Positions 26,280 through 36,129 are shown, numbered from the stretch's first letter. The stretch is DNA of 46,865 bases from Armatimonadota bacterium (GCA_031363565.1 JANLUQ010000365.1:1-46865), one strand, 5' to 3'. Notes: a model not told the origin generated them from the sequence alone. Numbers and translations: made by a program.

Positions 26280-26372
26280 GTAGTGGGAAAAGTATAAGGT
26301 TCACGCCCACGGCAGACCATAACGAAGTTTGCCAGAGGTTTTGACCGGAAGGTTCGTCAAGGGGTTCAGGCC

Positions 26373-26729
26373 ATGTCTGCCGGGCAACAGGACGCGGCGG
26401 AGGGCCGGCCGCTGGGAGCGCCTGAGTGGGCGGAAGCGCCGAATGAGCCGGTCTATGTCATCAGCATCGCCGCGAAGCTCGCCGGCCTGCCTTCCTGGAC
26501 CCTGCGCGTGCTGGATAAGGAAGGCATCGTACGGCCCCAGCGGACCGCCAAGGACCGCCGGCTTTATTCGGACCGGGACATCGCGCTGCTGGCGCGCATC
26601 CGCTACCTGACGGAAGAGCGCGGCGTCAACATGAACGGCGTCAGGCTGATCCTGGAGATGGAGGGCTATGGCCCGGCAAAGGAGCCGGAGACCAGGGTCC
26701 ACGAAGATCAGGCAGGCGCTCCGGAGTGA
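26373..26729 (+). CDS. hspR: MerR-family heat-shock regulator, HspR-like
   Basis: VYVISIAAKLAGLPSWTLRVLDKEGIVRPQRTAKDRRLYSDRDIALLARIRYL is the HspR-type MerR HTH. Located next to dnaK. Confidence 0.75.
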   Translation: MSAGQQDAAEGRPLGAPEWAEAPNEPVYVISIAAKLAGLPSWTLRVLDKEGIVRPQRTAKDRRLYSDRDIALLARIRYLTEERGVNMNGVRLILEMEGYGPAKEPETRVHEDQAGAPE

Positions 26730-26787
26730 GCGATTTTCGACCAGGCTCCAGGTTTTAACCAGGAATTACATAAAGGACTATTCACTT

Positions 26788-27144
26788 TTGATTTATCCAT
26801 CCGCAGACACCATCGAAGACAAGGTCAAAAGCCGGTACTCGCTTGTCGTCTTGTCCGCCAAGCGCGCCAAACAGATCAAGGAAGGGGCACCAGTCCTGAT
26901 CGAGACTACGTCCACCAACCCGCTCACTATCGCGCTCGAAGAGATCGCGGCGGGGAAAGTGACCGCGACCGAGGTGGACGCAGACATCGTGCCTCAGGCC
27001 GCTTCCGGTACTACATCCAGCGCGGGCGCAGCGCGGGCGGCGGCGCTGCCTGAGCATCGCGCAGAGGCGTTGACGGTAGAAATGTCGATGACGGAAAAAC
27101 CAACCATGGAAGAGCCTGGCGACAACGACGCCGAAGGCGCATAG
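26788..27144 (+). CDS. rpoZ: DNA-directed RNA polymerase subunit omega
   Basis: KVKSRYSLVVLSAKRAKQI and NPLTIALEEIAAGKV. TTG 26788 is 10 nt after AAGGA. The upstream part of the ORF-track frame overlaps hspR. Confidence 0.75.
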   Translation: MIYPSADTIEDKVKSRYSLVVLSAKRAKQIKEGAPVLIETTSTNPLTIALEEIAAGKVTATEVDADIVPQAASGTTSSAGAARAAALPEHRAEALTVEMSMTEKPTMEEPGDNDAEGA

Positions 27145-27153
27145 GAAAACGAT

Positions 27154-29088
<1,935 letters not shown>

Positions 29089-29250
29089 TTCTCCTGAATC
29101 GGCAAGCTCATCGAAGAGTTCTGCGGGGTCGAATGCCCTTCTGGAAACCAGCACCCGTTATTTGGTGTTGTTCCCAGAGCGGGGGCATTCGGCCCCCACT
29201 GTTTGTCACTCTAACAAAGCTTTTTCAGACCGCTCACTTAACATCATTCT

Positions 29251-30387
29251 ATGGCTAACAAACGCGACTATTACGAGGTGCTGGGAGTCACGCGGGCCGC
29301 CTCCGTCTCCGAGGTCCGCTCGGCCTACCGGAAATTGGCGGCGAAGTACCACCCGGACGTCAACCCCGGAGACAAGGGCGCTGAGGAGAAGTTCAAAGAG
29401 CTGAACGAGGCGCATGAAGTCCTCTCGTCCACCGAGAAGCGGCCATTATACGACCAGTACGGGCATGACGGGCCGGCATCGGGCCTGGGCGGCATGGGCG
29501 AGGGCGGCTTCGGCGACATCTTCGACATGTTCTTCGGCGCGGGCAGCGGGGGCGGACGGGCCTCCGGCGAGCGTGCCCGACAGCAGGCAGCGCAGGGGAA
29601 CGACCTGCGCTATGACCTGGAGGTCACGATGGAGGAAGCCGCGTCCGGCGTTCCCAAATCCTTGCGCTTGTCGCGGATGGATGCCTGTGAGACCTGCCAC
29701 GGCAACGGTTCCAAGGCAGGAAGCTCGCCCCAGACCTGTTCCGCCTGCTCCGGCGCGGGCCAGGTGCGCCATATCCAGAACACCATCCTCGGATCGTTCG
29801 CGACGGTCGCCGCCTGCGCCCGCTGCGGCGGGGCAGGCCGCGTCATCATCGACCCCTGCCCCACTTGCCGGGGGCAGGGCCGGGTACGTCAAACCGCAGA
29901 GCATACTGTGGACATCCCCGCCGGAGTGGACTCGGGGATGCGGCTGGTAGATCCCAACCAGGGCGATGTCGGCCCGCGCGGCGGGGGACGCGGCGACCTG
30001 TATGTCATCATCTATGTCCAGCCGCATCCACACTTCACGCGGCGCGGGATGGACGTTGTGCATGAGGCGGCCGTTACCTTCGCCCAAGCGACATTGGGCG
30101 ACACATTCGAGGTGCCGATCCTGGGCGGGACCGAAAAACTGACTATTCCCGAAGGGACGCAGCCGGGGACGACCTTCCGCCTGCGCGGCAAGGGCTTTCC
30201 CGATGTGAACTCGCGCAGCCCGGAGCGCGGCAGCCAGATCGTCAGCATCAAACTGAAGGTGCCCCAAAAGCTCACTGAGGAGCAGCGCCGCCTGGTCAAA
30301 GAGCTGGCGGCGGCTTCCGGCGAAACGATCCATGCCGAGGACCGTGGACTGCTGGGCAAGGTCAAGGGCGCGTTTTCGCACAAGTAG
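29251..30387 (+). CDS. dnaJ: molecular chaperone DnaJ
   Basis: J-domain HPD (YHPDVNPGD), a G/F region and four CxxCxGxG zinc-finger repeats. Confidence 0.95.
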   Translation: MANKRDYYEVLGVTRAASVSEVRSAYRKLAAKYHPDVNPGDKGAEEKFKELNEAHEVLSSTEKRPLYDQYGHDGPASGLGGMGEGGFGDIFDMFFGAGSGGGRASGERARQQAAQGNDLRYDLEVTMEEAASGVPKSLRLSRMDACETCHGNGSKAGSSPQTCSACSGAGQVRHIQNTILGSFATVAACARCGGAGRVIIDPCPTCRGQGRVRQTAEHTVDIPAGVDSGMRLVDPNQGDVGPRGGGRGDLYVIIYVQPHPHFTRRGMDVVHEAAVTFAQATLGDTFEVPILGGTEKLTIPEGTQPGTTFRLRGKGFPDVNSRSPERGSQIVSIKLKVPQKLTEEQRRLVKELAAASGETIHAEDRGLLGKVKGAFSHK

Positions 30388-30393
30388 GTTAAA

Positions 30394-31251
30394 ATGCGCT
30401 GGACGGAGATTATCATTGACGCGGGGCCGGAAGCGACCGACGCGGTGGGCGCGGCCTTGTACGCGGTGGGGTGCGGCGGCTTTGAGGTGCGCGAGGCCGC
30501 GGTGCCTCCCGCCATAGCTGGCTATTTACCCGTGGATGACCGGCTTGAAGACCGGTTAGGGCTACTCAAAGACGCCTTAGCCGCGCTGCCGGGCCATGGC
30601 GTCATCGGCGCGGGCACGGACCTGACCCTGCGTTATGTCGAGGAGGCCGATTGGGCGAACGCTTGGAAGGAGTTCTACAAGCCCTTCCGTGTGGGCCGCC
30701 GCCTAGTCGTGACGCCGCCCTGGGAACACCCCGAGCTGGCCCCTGACGACATCCCCCTGGTCATAGACCCCGGCATGGCCTTCGGGACCGGCAGCCACCC
30801 CACTACGCAGCTTTGCCTCGTTGCCCTGGAAGACTATGTCAGACCCGGTGCCCGCGTCGCAGACATCGGGACCGGCTCCGGCATCCTCGCCATCGCCGCC
30901 GCCAAGATGGGCGCGTCACACGTCGCAGCCAACGATAACGATCCGCTGGCTGTCCGGATCGCCCGTGAGAATGCTGCCGCTAACGGTGTCCCCGTTGAGA
31001 TCACGGATGCGCTGCCGACGGGGCAGTACGACGCTGTCGTCGCCAACATCCTGGCCGACGTCATCATCGGTATGGCAGAAGAGCTTCAGGTCCTGCTCGC
31101 GCCCGGCGGCGTCCTCCTCGCCTCCGGCATCATTGACACCCGCGAGGCCGACGTGCGGCTGGCACTGGAAGGCATCGGATTGAACCACCTGGAAACGCGG
31201 CGGCAGACGGAATGGGTCGCACTCGTCTTCCGGCAGGAGGCCGGGCACTAA
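30394..31251 (+). CDS. prmA: ribosomal protein L11 methyltransferase
   Basis: PrmA layout with SAM motif DIGTGSGILAIAAAKMGA. Conserved dnaJ-prmA-rsmE order. Confidence 0.9.
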   Translation: MRWTEIIIDAGPEATDAVGAALYAVGCGGFEVREAAVPPAIAGYLPVDDRLEDRLGLLKDALAALPGHGVIGAGTDLTLRYVEEADWANAWKEFYKPFRVGRRLVVTPPWEHPELAPDDIPLVIDPGMAFGTGSHPTTQLCLVALEDYVRPGARVADIGTGSGILAIAAAKMGASHVAANDNDPLAVRIARENAAANGVPVEITDALPTGQYDAVVANILADVIIGMAEELQVLLAPGGVLLASGIIDTREADVRLALEGIGLNHLETRRQTEWVALVFRQEAGH

Positions 31252-31404
31252 AGTACCCGTCTGGGAAGCCTGCGGCTGACCGCCCAAGGGACGGAATAGC
31301 AGGCCGGCAAAGAGCCGACTTGGCGAGTGTTCCACAATCCGCGCTCTCTCCCTCGCCCCCTGGACAGTCGGCGCAGCCTCTCAGACGGGTACTTTAGTGC
31401 CCGG
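31241..31404. repeat. MITE-like / long-hairpin palindromic element (23-bp perfect terminal inverted repeats)
   Basis: CCGGGCACTAAAGTACCCGTCTG (31241-31263) is the exact reverse complement of 31382-31404. The left arm contains the prmA stop codon. The inner flanks are partly complementary. Confidence 0.8.
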
Positions 31405-31440
31405 ACTTATTCAACCCACCATATCAGTGATTAAACCCTT

Positions 31441-32181
31441 ATGACCCACTTTTTCATTCGCCCCGACCAATTCGCCAGCGGCCTCGTCAACTTAGAGGCC
31501 GATGATGCCCACCATCTGCGCGTCGTCCTTCATGCCCAGCCAGGGCAGAAGATCGCCGTGCTGGACAACTCGGGCCGCGAGTGGCCGGCGACACTGCTGG
31601 AAATGGGTAAGACGAAAGCAGTAGCGCGGCTGGGCGAGCCGTTCTCGCCCCCCACCGAGCCGTCGGTCAAGATCACCGTCGCCCAGGCATTGCCCAAAGT
31701 CACCGACAAAATGGAGCAGGTGCTGCAGCGCGGGACCGAAATCGGCGCGAGTGGCTTCTGGGCCTTCGCGAGTGAGCGCAGCCTGACCCACCTGGAAGGC
31801 GAGCGGCACACGAAGCGGGAAGGGCGCTGGCAGGCGATCATCAAGACGGCGGCGGAGCAGGCGCACCGCGCCATCCTTCCTACCCTGCGCGTAGAGGGCG
31901 GGTTTGCCGATGTGGTAGCGGCGGCGGGCGACTTCGACCTCGTCCTACTCGCCTATGAAGGGGAGCGGGAGACAACGCTGAAGGCCGCGCTCTCAGCCGC
32001 CCCCACCCCGCCGGTCCATTTGCTGGTCATCATCGGCCCCGAGTCGGGGCTGACGGACGGCGAGGTCAAGGTGGCGCGTCGGGCCGGCATCAAGCCGGTC
32101 TCGCTCGGGCCGCGCATCCTGCGAACTGAGACGGCGGCAATGGTCATGGTCTCGCAGCTTCTCTTTGCCTTGGAGCACTAA
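31441..32181 (+). CDS. rsmE: 16S rRNA (uracil1498-N3)-methyltransferase
   Basis: RsmE/YqeU-like N-terminus (MTHFFIRPDQF...DDAHHLRVVL) and a SPOUT C-terminal half. Located after prmA. Confidence 0.88.
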   Translation: MTHFFIRPDQFASGLVNLEADDAHHLRVVLHAQPGQKIAVLDNSGREWPATLLEMGKTKAVARLGEPFSPPTEPSVKITVAQALPKVTDKMEQVLQRGTEIGASGFWAFASERSLTHLEGERHTKREGRWQAIIKTAAEQAHRAILPTLRVEGGFADVVAAAGDFDLVLLAYEGERETTLKAALSAAPTPPVHLLVIIGPESGLTDGEVKVARRAGIKPVSLGPRILRTETAAMVMVSQLLFALEH

Positions 32182-32909
32182 TCCTGTTCGTTGACATTCA
32201 CAACCACATCCTGCCCGGCGTGGACGACGGCGCGCGCAGCCTGGCCGAGGCCCTGGAGATGGCACGGCAGGCCGTCGCGGTTGGCACGGACACGATGGTC
32301 GCCACACCCCACCGTGGCTGGTTTCTGGGTCGCCCCGCCCGGCCCGGGACCGTGCGTGAACATGTGGCGAGCTTGCAAGAGTCGCTGAACCGCGCCGGCA
32401 TCCCCCTGAAGATCGTGCCCGGCGTCGAGATTAAAATGGCCCCGCGCGTCGCCGATGACCTGGTAAACGGCGAGGCCGGAACCCTGGGCGATGCAGGACG
32501 CTGGGCGCTGATCGAGCCGCCCTTCGACCGCATCCCGGCGGGCGGTCTCGAAAGCCTGCGGAAAGTGGTCGAGGCAGGCTTCCACGTCGTCCTCGCCCAC
32601 CCGGAGCGCTGCGCCGAGGTTCAATCAAGCCTCACCTTTCTCGAAGCCTGCGCCGACTTGGGCCTGACCTTTCAGATTACCAGCGGCAGCCTATTGGGCC
32701 GCTTTGGGCCGCGCGCATTGGAGACGGCCCGCGCCATCCTCGCCCGCGATGCCGACTGGCCCCTCGTGATCGCTTCGGACACCCACGACCTCCATGACCG
32801 CTCCTGTGCCCTGCTCGGCGAGGCCCGCGACATCGCCGCCGCCCTGGTCGGGGAGGAGCGCGCGTTGGAAATGGTGGACGCCCGCCCACGCGCGATGATT
32901 ACGCCTTAG
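32181..32909 (+). CDS. PHP-family protein-tyrosine phosphatase (CpsB/YwqE-like); start codon non-canonical or lost
   Basis: ILFVDIHNHILPGVDDG is the family's metal-binding N-terminus. It lies upstream of the first canonical start (GTG 32220). ATC 32181 overlaps the rsmE stop (TAATC). Confidence 0.65.
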   Translation: MLFVDIHNHILPGVDDGARSLAEALEMARQAVAVGTDTMVATPHRGWFLGRPARPGTVREHVASLQESLNRAGIPLKIVPGVEIKMAPRVADDLVNGEAGTLGDAGRWALIEPPFDRIPAGGLESLRKVVEAGFHVVLAHPERCAEVQSSLTFLEACADLGLTFQITSGSLLGRFGPRALETARAILARDADWPLVIASDTHDLHDRSCALLGEARDIAAALVGEERALEMVDARPRAMITP

Positions 32910-32959
32910 CGTCTTTTCCGACACCCCCGCAATCCGCCCTCTTGTTCTTCCAGTAAGCT

Positions 32960-32967
32960 GCCGATAA
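32960..32967 (+). promoter_or_regulatory. sigma-28 (FliA)-type -10 box GCCGATAA, 7 nt before the flgB ATG
   Basis: Exact GCCGATAA. No TAAA -35 at the canonical spacing and no Shine-Dalgarno before flgB. Confidence 0.3.
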
Positions 32968-32974
32968 TAGCGGC

Positions 32975-33370
32975 ATGGATACCAGCACTTTTACCGCGCT
33001 GTCGCAGGCCCTGGACTTAGGCTCCGCGCGCCTCCAAGCCATCTCCAACAACCTCTCCAATATCAACACGCCCGGCTTCAAGCGCCAGGACGCCACCTTT
33101 GCCGCCCTGCTCCAGTCGGCGGAAGCGGGCGACTCTTTGACGCAGGCTGCGCCCGACCCGCGCCACCTGACGTTGGGCGATGACGGCGGGAGCAGTTCGC
33201 CCGCGCTCGTGACCCAGAGCAGCGGCTCGATGCGGCCCGATGGCAACAATGTGGACATTGATGCCGAGACCAGCCGGATGGCCGCCGCCGAGATCTACTA
33301 TCAGGGCGCGGCGCAGCTTCTCAGCGGGCAGTTCTCAGGCATGAAGTATGTGATTTCAGGAGGGCGCTAA
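32975..33370 (+). CDS. flgB: flagellar basal-body rod protein FlgB
   Basis: LQAISNNLSNINTPGFKRQD rod-protein N-terminal signature. Size and position fit flgB. Confidence 0.9.
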   Translation: MDTSTFTALSQALDLGSARLQAISNNLSNINTPGFKRQDATFAALLQSAEAGDSLTQAAPDPRHLTLGDDGGSSSPALVTQSSGSMRPDGNNVDIDAETSRMAAAEIYYQGAAQLLSGQFSGMKYVISGGR

Positions 33371-33373
33371 CCG

Positions 33374-33826
33374 ATGGGATTTATGGACACGCTGGCGATC
33401 AGCGCCTCGGGCATGACGGCGGAGCGGCTGCGAATGGATGTCGTCGCCAACAACCTGGCGAATGTCAACACGACGCGCACGCCGGGCGGCGGGCCGTTCC
33501 GGCGCGAGCAGGTCGCGATGGCCCCGGCCTCGGCCTCCTTCGGCGAGACCCTGGCGGGCCTCTCCGGCGACAACGGCGGGGCGGAAGCCGTGCAGGGCGG
33601 CGTGCAGGTGTCGGGCATCGTCCCCGACATGCGCCCTTTTAAGCGCGTCTACCAGCCCGGACACCCGGACGCCGACAAGCAAGGCTACGTCAACCTGCCG
33701 AATGTGGACACCGTGACCGAGATGGTGGACATGATGGGCGCGACCCGCGCCTACGAGGCGAACGTCGCCGCCGTCGGAGCCGTCAAGGGAATGGCGATGA
33801 AGGCGATGGAGATCGGGCGGGCATAG
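33374..33826 (+). CDS. flgC: flagellar basal-body rod protein FlgC
   Basis: SGMTAERLRMDVVANNLANVNTTRTPGG and C-terminal RAYEANVAAVGAVKGMAMKAMEIGR. Confidence 0.92.
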   Translation: MGFMDTLAISASGMTAERLRMDVVANNLANVNTTRTPGGGPFRREQVAMAPASASFGETLAGLSGDNGGAEAVQGGVQVSGIVPDMRPFKRVYQPGHPDADKQGYVNLPNVDTVTEMVDMMGATRAYEANVAAVGAVKGMAMKAMEIGRA

Positions 33827-33839
33827 GCGAAACCCAGGC

Positions 33840-34273
33840 TCAGACGCTCCAGTCCACCGCCTGCACGCCGGGGATCTGCTGGAAATGCCGCAGGTTGGCG
33901 GTCACGACCGTGAGCCGCCGGTTGATGGCACTCGCAGCAACACGGCAATCGCGTGTTCCCACTCGTTTGACCGCCGCCGACCAGCTCTGATAGAGGTCTT
34001 CATCCGCCTCGGTGTACGGCAGTGTTTGGAACTGCCGCAGAAATTCCTGGGTCAGCACGAGGTCACGATAAGCAACGGGGATGAGGAGAGTGTCTTTGGG
34101 TCGGGCTGGATTCAGTTTCGCGAGGACCCCAACCGCCCCCGGAACTGCTCCTCCACAACGACGGCAGGCAGCCAGAGTTTGGCTGGCGGAACAGCCAACG
34201 CCCGCGGGTTTAAGAGACTGCTGCGTCCTCGGAAGAGAAGACTTGCAGTGTCGTTGTCCAGCGCGAAGATGGC
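33840..34273 (-). pseudogene. PIN-domain (VapC-like) toxin gene, frameshifted and without a canonical start
   Basis: The N-terminal half (AIFALDNDTASLLFRG...VVVEEQFRGRLG) is in one frame. The C-terminal half (YRDLVLTQEFLRQFQTLPYTEAD...RLTVVTANLRHFQQIPGVQ) is in another. They switch at G/C runs near 34127-34140. Confidence 0.6.
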
Positions 34274-34474
34274 CTACTCGACCAGCCCATGCTTCTGGTC
34301 TATTTCCCGCCGCGACTGTTCCATCTCTTGAAGGAACTCGTCCCACAGCGGGTCATCCGCAAACCCGCCGATGACACGGGTGAGCGGATGCTCCTCCGGC
34401 GGCGTGGTTCCGTGCGTGCCGTTATGCTCCGCTATTGGCGTCTCCACCGCGACCTTATCTTTAACGATTTCCAT
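34274..34474 (-). CDS. putative antitoxin partner of the PIN toxin (66 aa)
   Basis: Small acidic ORF ending DDPLWDEFLQEMEQSRREIDQKHGLVE, directly abutting the PIN gene. Confidence 0.5.
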   Translation of the reverse strand: MEIVKDKVAVETPIAEHNGTHGTTPPEEHPLTRVIGGFADDPLWDEFLQEMEQSRREIDQKHGLVE

Positions 34475-34521
34475 AACCGACAGTTTACCCCATCTGCCTC
34501 ATGTCCTCAACCGCATTGAAG

Positions 34522-34620
34522 AACATGATGAGCGCCACGCGCCTACGAGGCGAACGTCGCCGCCGTCGGAGCGGTCAAGGGCATGGCGATGAAGACACTG
34601 AAGATTGGAAGGGCGGCGTC
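34522..34620 (+). pseudogene. duplicated, degenerate 3' end of flgC
   Basis: 34539-34572 is identical to 33747-33780 (34 nt), and flanking similarity extends to about 70 bp. It has a 1-nt deletion relative to flgC and encodes ..AYEANVAAVGAVKGMAMKTLKIGRA. Confidence 0.8.
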
Positions 34621-34682
34621 CACTAGACCTCACCGTTCGACGACTGCCGCGCCGTCCCCTGACCGTCATCCAAAGGGTGCTC

Positions 34683-34979
34683 CTAAGAGGTTAAGTCATA
34701 ATCATCCGGCTTGGAATGGCGTTTTTCCTTTAGATAAGTCAGAAGAGTTACCCAGGCTCCACATATGCCTCCCACAAGTCCATACCACAAGCCCACATGA
34801 GGCCACCACCATTGTATATGAGCTAGACTGATATTTGGGGGGTCACAAATCAAGTAAGTTGCAAAACAGACCAAAGGCACAAATAACGTCGCCGACAGAA
34901 AAGTCAACAACAGTTTAATCCAGAGAACGTCCGTCCATCTTTTCATTTTGTATTTGACCTTTTGATGAACAGCCGCCAT
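34683..34979 (-). CDS. small three-TM membrane protein, candidate immunity protein
   Basis: AT-rich ORF with hydrophobic segments, 41 nt downstream of the glycine-zipper ORF. The position is typical of immunity genes. Confidence 0.45.
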   Translation of the reverse strand: MAAVHQKVKYKMKRWTDVLWIKLLLTFLSATLFVPLVCFATYLICDPPNISLAHIQWWWPHVGLWYGLVGGICGAWVTLLTYLKEKRHSKPDDYDLTS

Positions 34980-35019
34980 ATGGGAGGCGGCTGTTCAACT
35001 CCAAGGGTTGATCCACCGG

Positions 35020-35193
35020 CTATTCCATTGTATGGAACATCCGGTTGTAGCCCTCACCGTTTGCCCTTCTTTGGTACGCCTCTGCCGCTGCTACGCCAGC
35101 AGCGAAGCCCAGAACGCCACCTACCGGACCACCCACGCCGAAGCCGATTGCGCCACCGACCATCCCGGCGGCTATGTTCCCAACTACATGCAA
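35020..35193 (-). CDS. glycine-zipper membrane peptide (57 aa), in frame with the RHS fragment across a TAG
   Basis: Not in the ORF track (under 60 aa). Sequence: (M)HVVGNIAAGMVGGAIGFGVGGPVGGVLGFAAGVAAAEAYQRRANGEGYNRMFHTME. Only TAG plus one codon separate it from the upstream ORF. Confidence 0.4.
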   Translation of the reverse strand: MHVVGNIAAGMVGGAIGFGVGGPVGGVLGFAAGVAAAEAYQRRANGEGYNRMFHTME

Positions 35194-35196
35194 TGC

Positions 35197-35685
35197 CTAT
35201 CCACGAGTGATAGGAATGAGGCCCCCAGCAGGCTGGTTGTTACGTGAAGTTGGGAAAGACTGGGCAGAGCTCGGGGATCTAGGTGGTGGTAAATTTCGCG
35301 TTGGATCAACTGCTCCCTGATGCCCGCTGGGATCGCTGAAGTTGATGGGGTCGCTGTCGCAGTAGGCGTAGGGCTTTTGGCTCAGAACCGTGTCCCGCGT
35401 CAGGAAGCACCCGAACTCCGGGTCGTAGTAGCGCGCCCCCACCTTCAGCAGAGCCGCCGCATACGTCGGCCCGAACCCGTCCGAGCGGTAGCCGCTCTTT
35501 GCACCCCATCGGTAGGGATTCGCCGTACTTCCGCTTGAAGAGGAGACCATGCCATACCCCTGGTACGAACCCGACCACTGCACCACTGGGCTACCGTTGC
35601 CCGTCGTCTGGCGCACTGCCCCCAGGCCGTCATACAGCAGCGTCTCCCCACCGGTGCTTACCAGCCCGTTCCCGTACAGGTTCAT
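35197..35685 (-). CDS. RHS repeat-associated core fragment (orphan C-terminal module)
   Basis: YD repeat LLYDGLGAVRQTT, then the core end GARYYDPEFGCFLTRDTVL..PYAYCDSDPINFSDPSGH (DPxG cleavage motif). The frame is open upstream through a TM-like segment but has no start codon there. Confidence 0.7.
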   Translation of the reverse strand: MNLYGNGLVSTGGETLLYDGLGAVRQTTGNGSPVVQWSGSYQGYGMVSSSSGSTANPYRWGAKSGYRSDGFGPTYAAALLKVGARYYDPEFGCFLTRDTVLSQKPYAYCDSDPINFSDPSGHQGAVDPTRNLPPPRSPSSAQSFPTSRNNQPAGGLIPITRG

Positions 35686-35924
35686 ACTCGAGGAGGTCTG
35701 GTTCGACTGCGTCAGCGTTGCGTTCCCGTCAAAAGGAGCTTGTAGGATAGGCAGAAAGAAGACTGTGACGAGAAGGGTGACAAAGAGCGTCAGGAATGAG
35801 AGACATGGCCGAGAGACGTGGCCGAGAGAGGTTGGGCAGTGGGTGTGCCTGTCACGAGAAAGGTCATCGTAGGAGTCTCCTTTACAACGCGCAGCAGACG
35901 CTCGATTGTTTCTGCGATGAAAAT

Positions 35925-35953
35925 AGTGTAGAGCTTATTTCGAGGTTTGTCAA
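35925..35953 (-). promoter_or_regulatory. sigma-70-like promoter firing into the RHS cassette, toward flgC
   Basis: Minus strand: TTGACA (35953..35948), 17 nt, TACACT (35930..35925). Confidence 0.4.
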
Positions 35954-36041
35954 GCGAACCTCAAAAAATCTTATGAAATATACGTGAGGGGGAGATTTTT
36001 GGCCAACAATGCCATGTACCCTACTCTTCCAATTTACACTT

Positions 36042-36049
36042 GCCGATAA
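36042..36049 (+). promoter_or_regulatory. sigma-28 (FliA)-type -10 box GCCGATAA
   Basis: Exact GCCGATAA about 80 nt upstream of the FlgM-like ORF. No canonical TAAA -35. Confidence 0.3.
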
Positions 36050-36129
36050 CAATACAAGGCATCATATTCAAGGCAGGATGCCGCTCGAGAGGGATTTTGT
36101 CCCCACCGGTACAAATTCAGGAGGATACA

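Noticed and set aside
29176-29200. Hairpin GGGGGC-ATTCG-GCCCCC after dnaK as an intrinsic terminator
   Set aside because: The stem is only 6 bp and the T-tract is interrupted (ACTGTTTGT). This is too weak to call, though it may attenuate.
34583-34831. 82-aa ORF starting MAMKTLKIGRA
   Set aside because: It is read-through from the degenerate flgC 3' copy into AT-rich DNA, not an independent gene.
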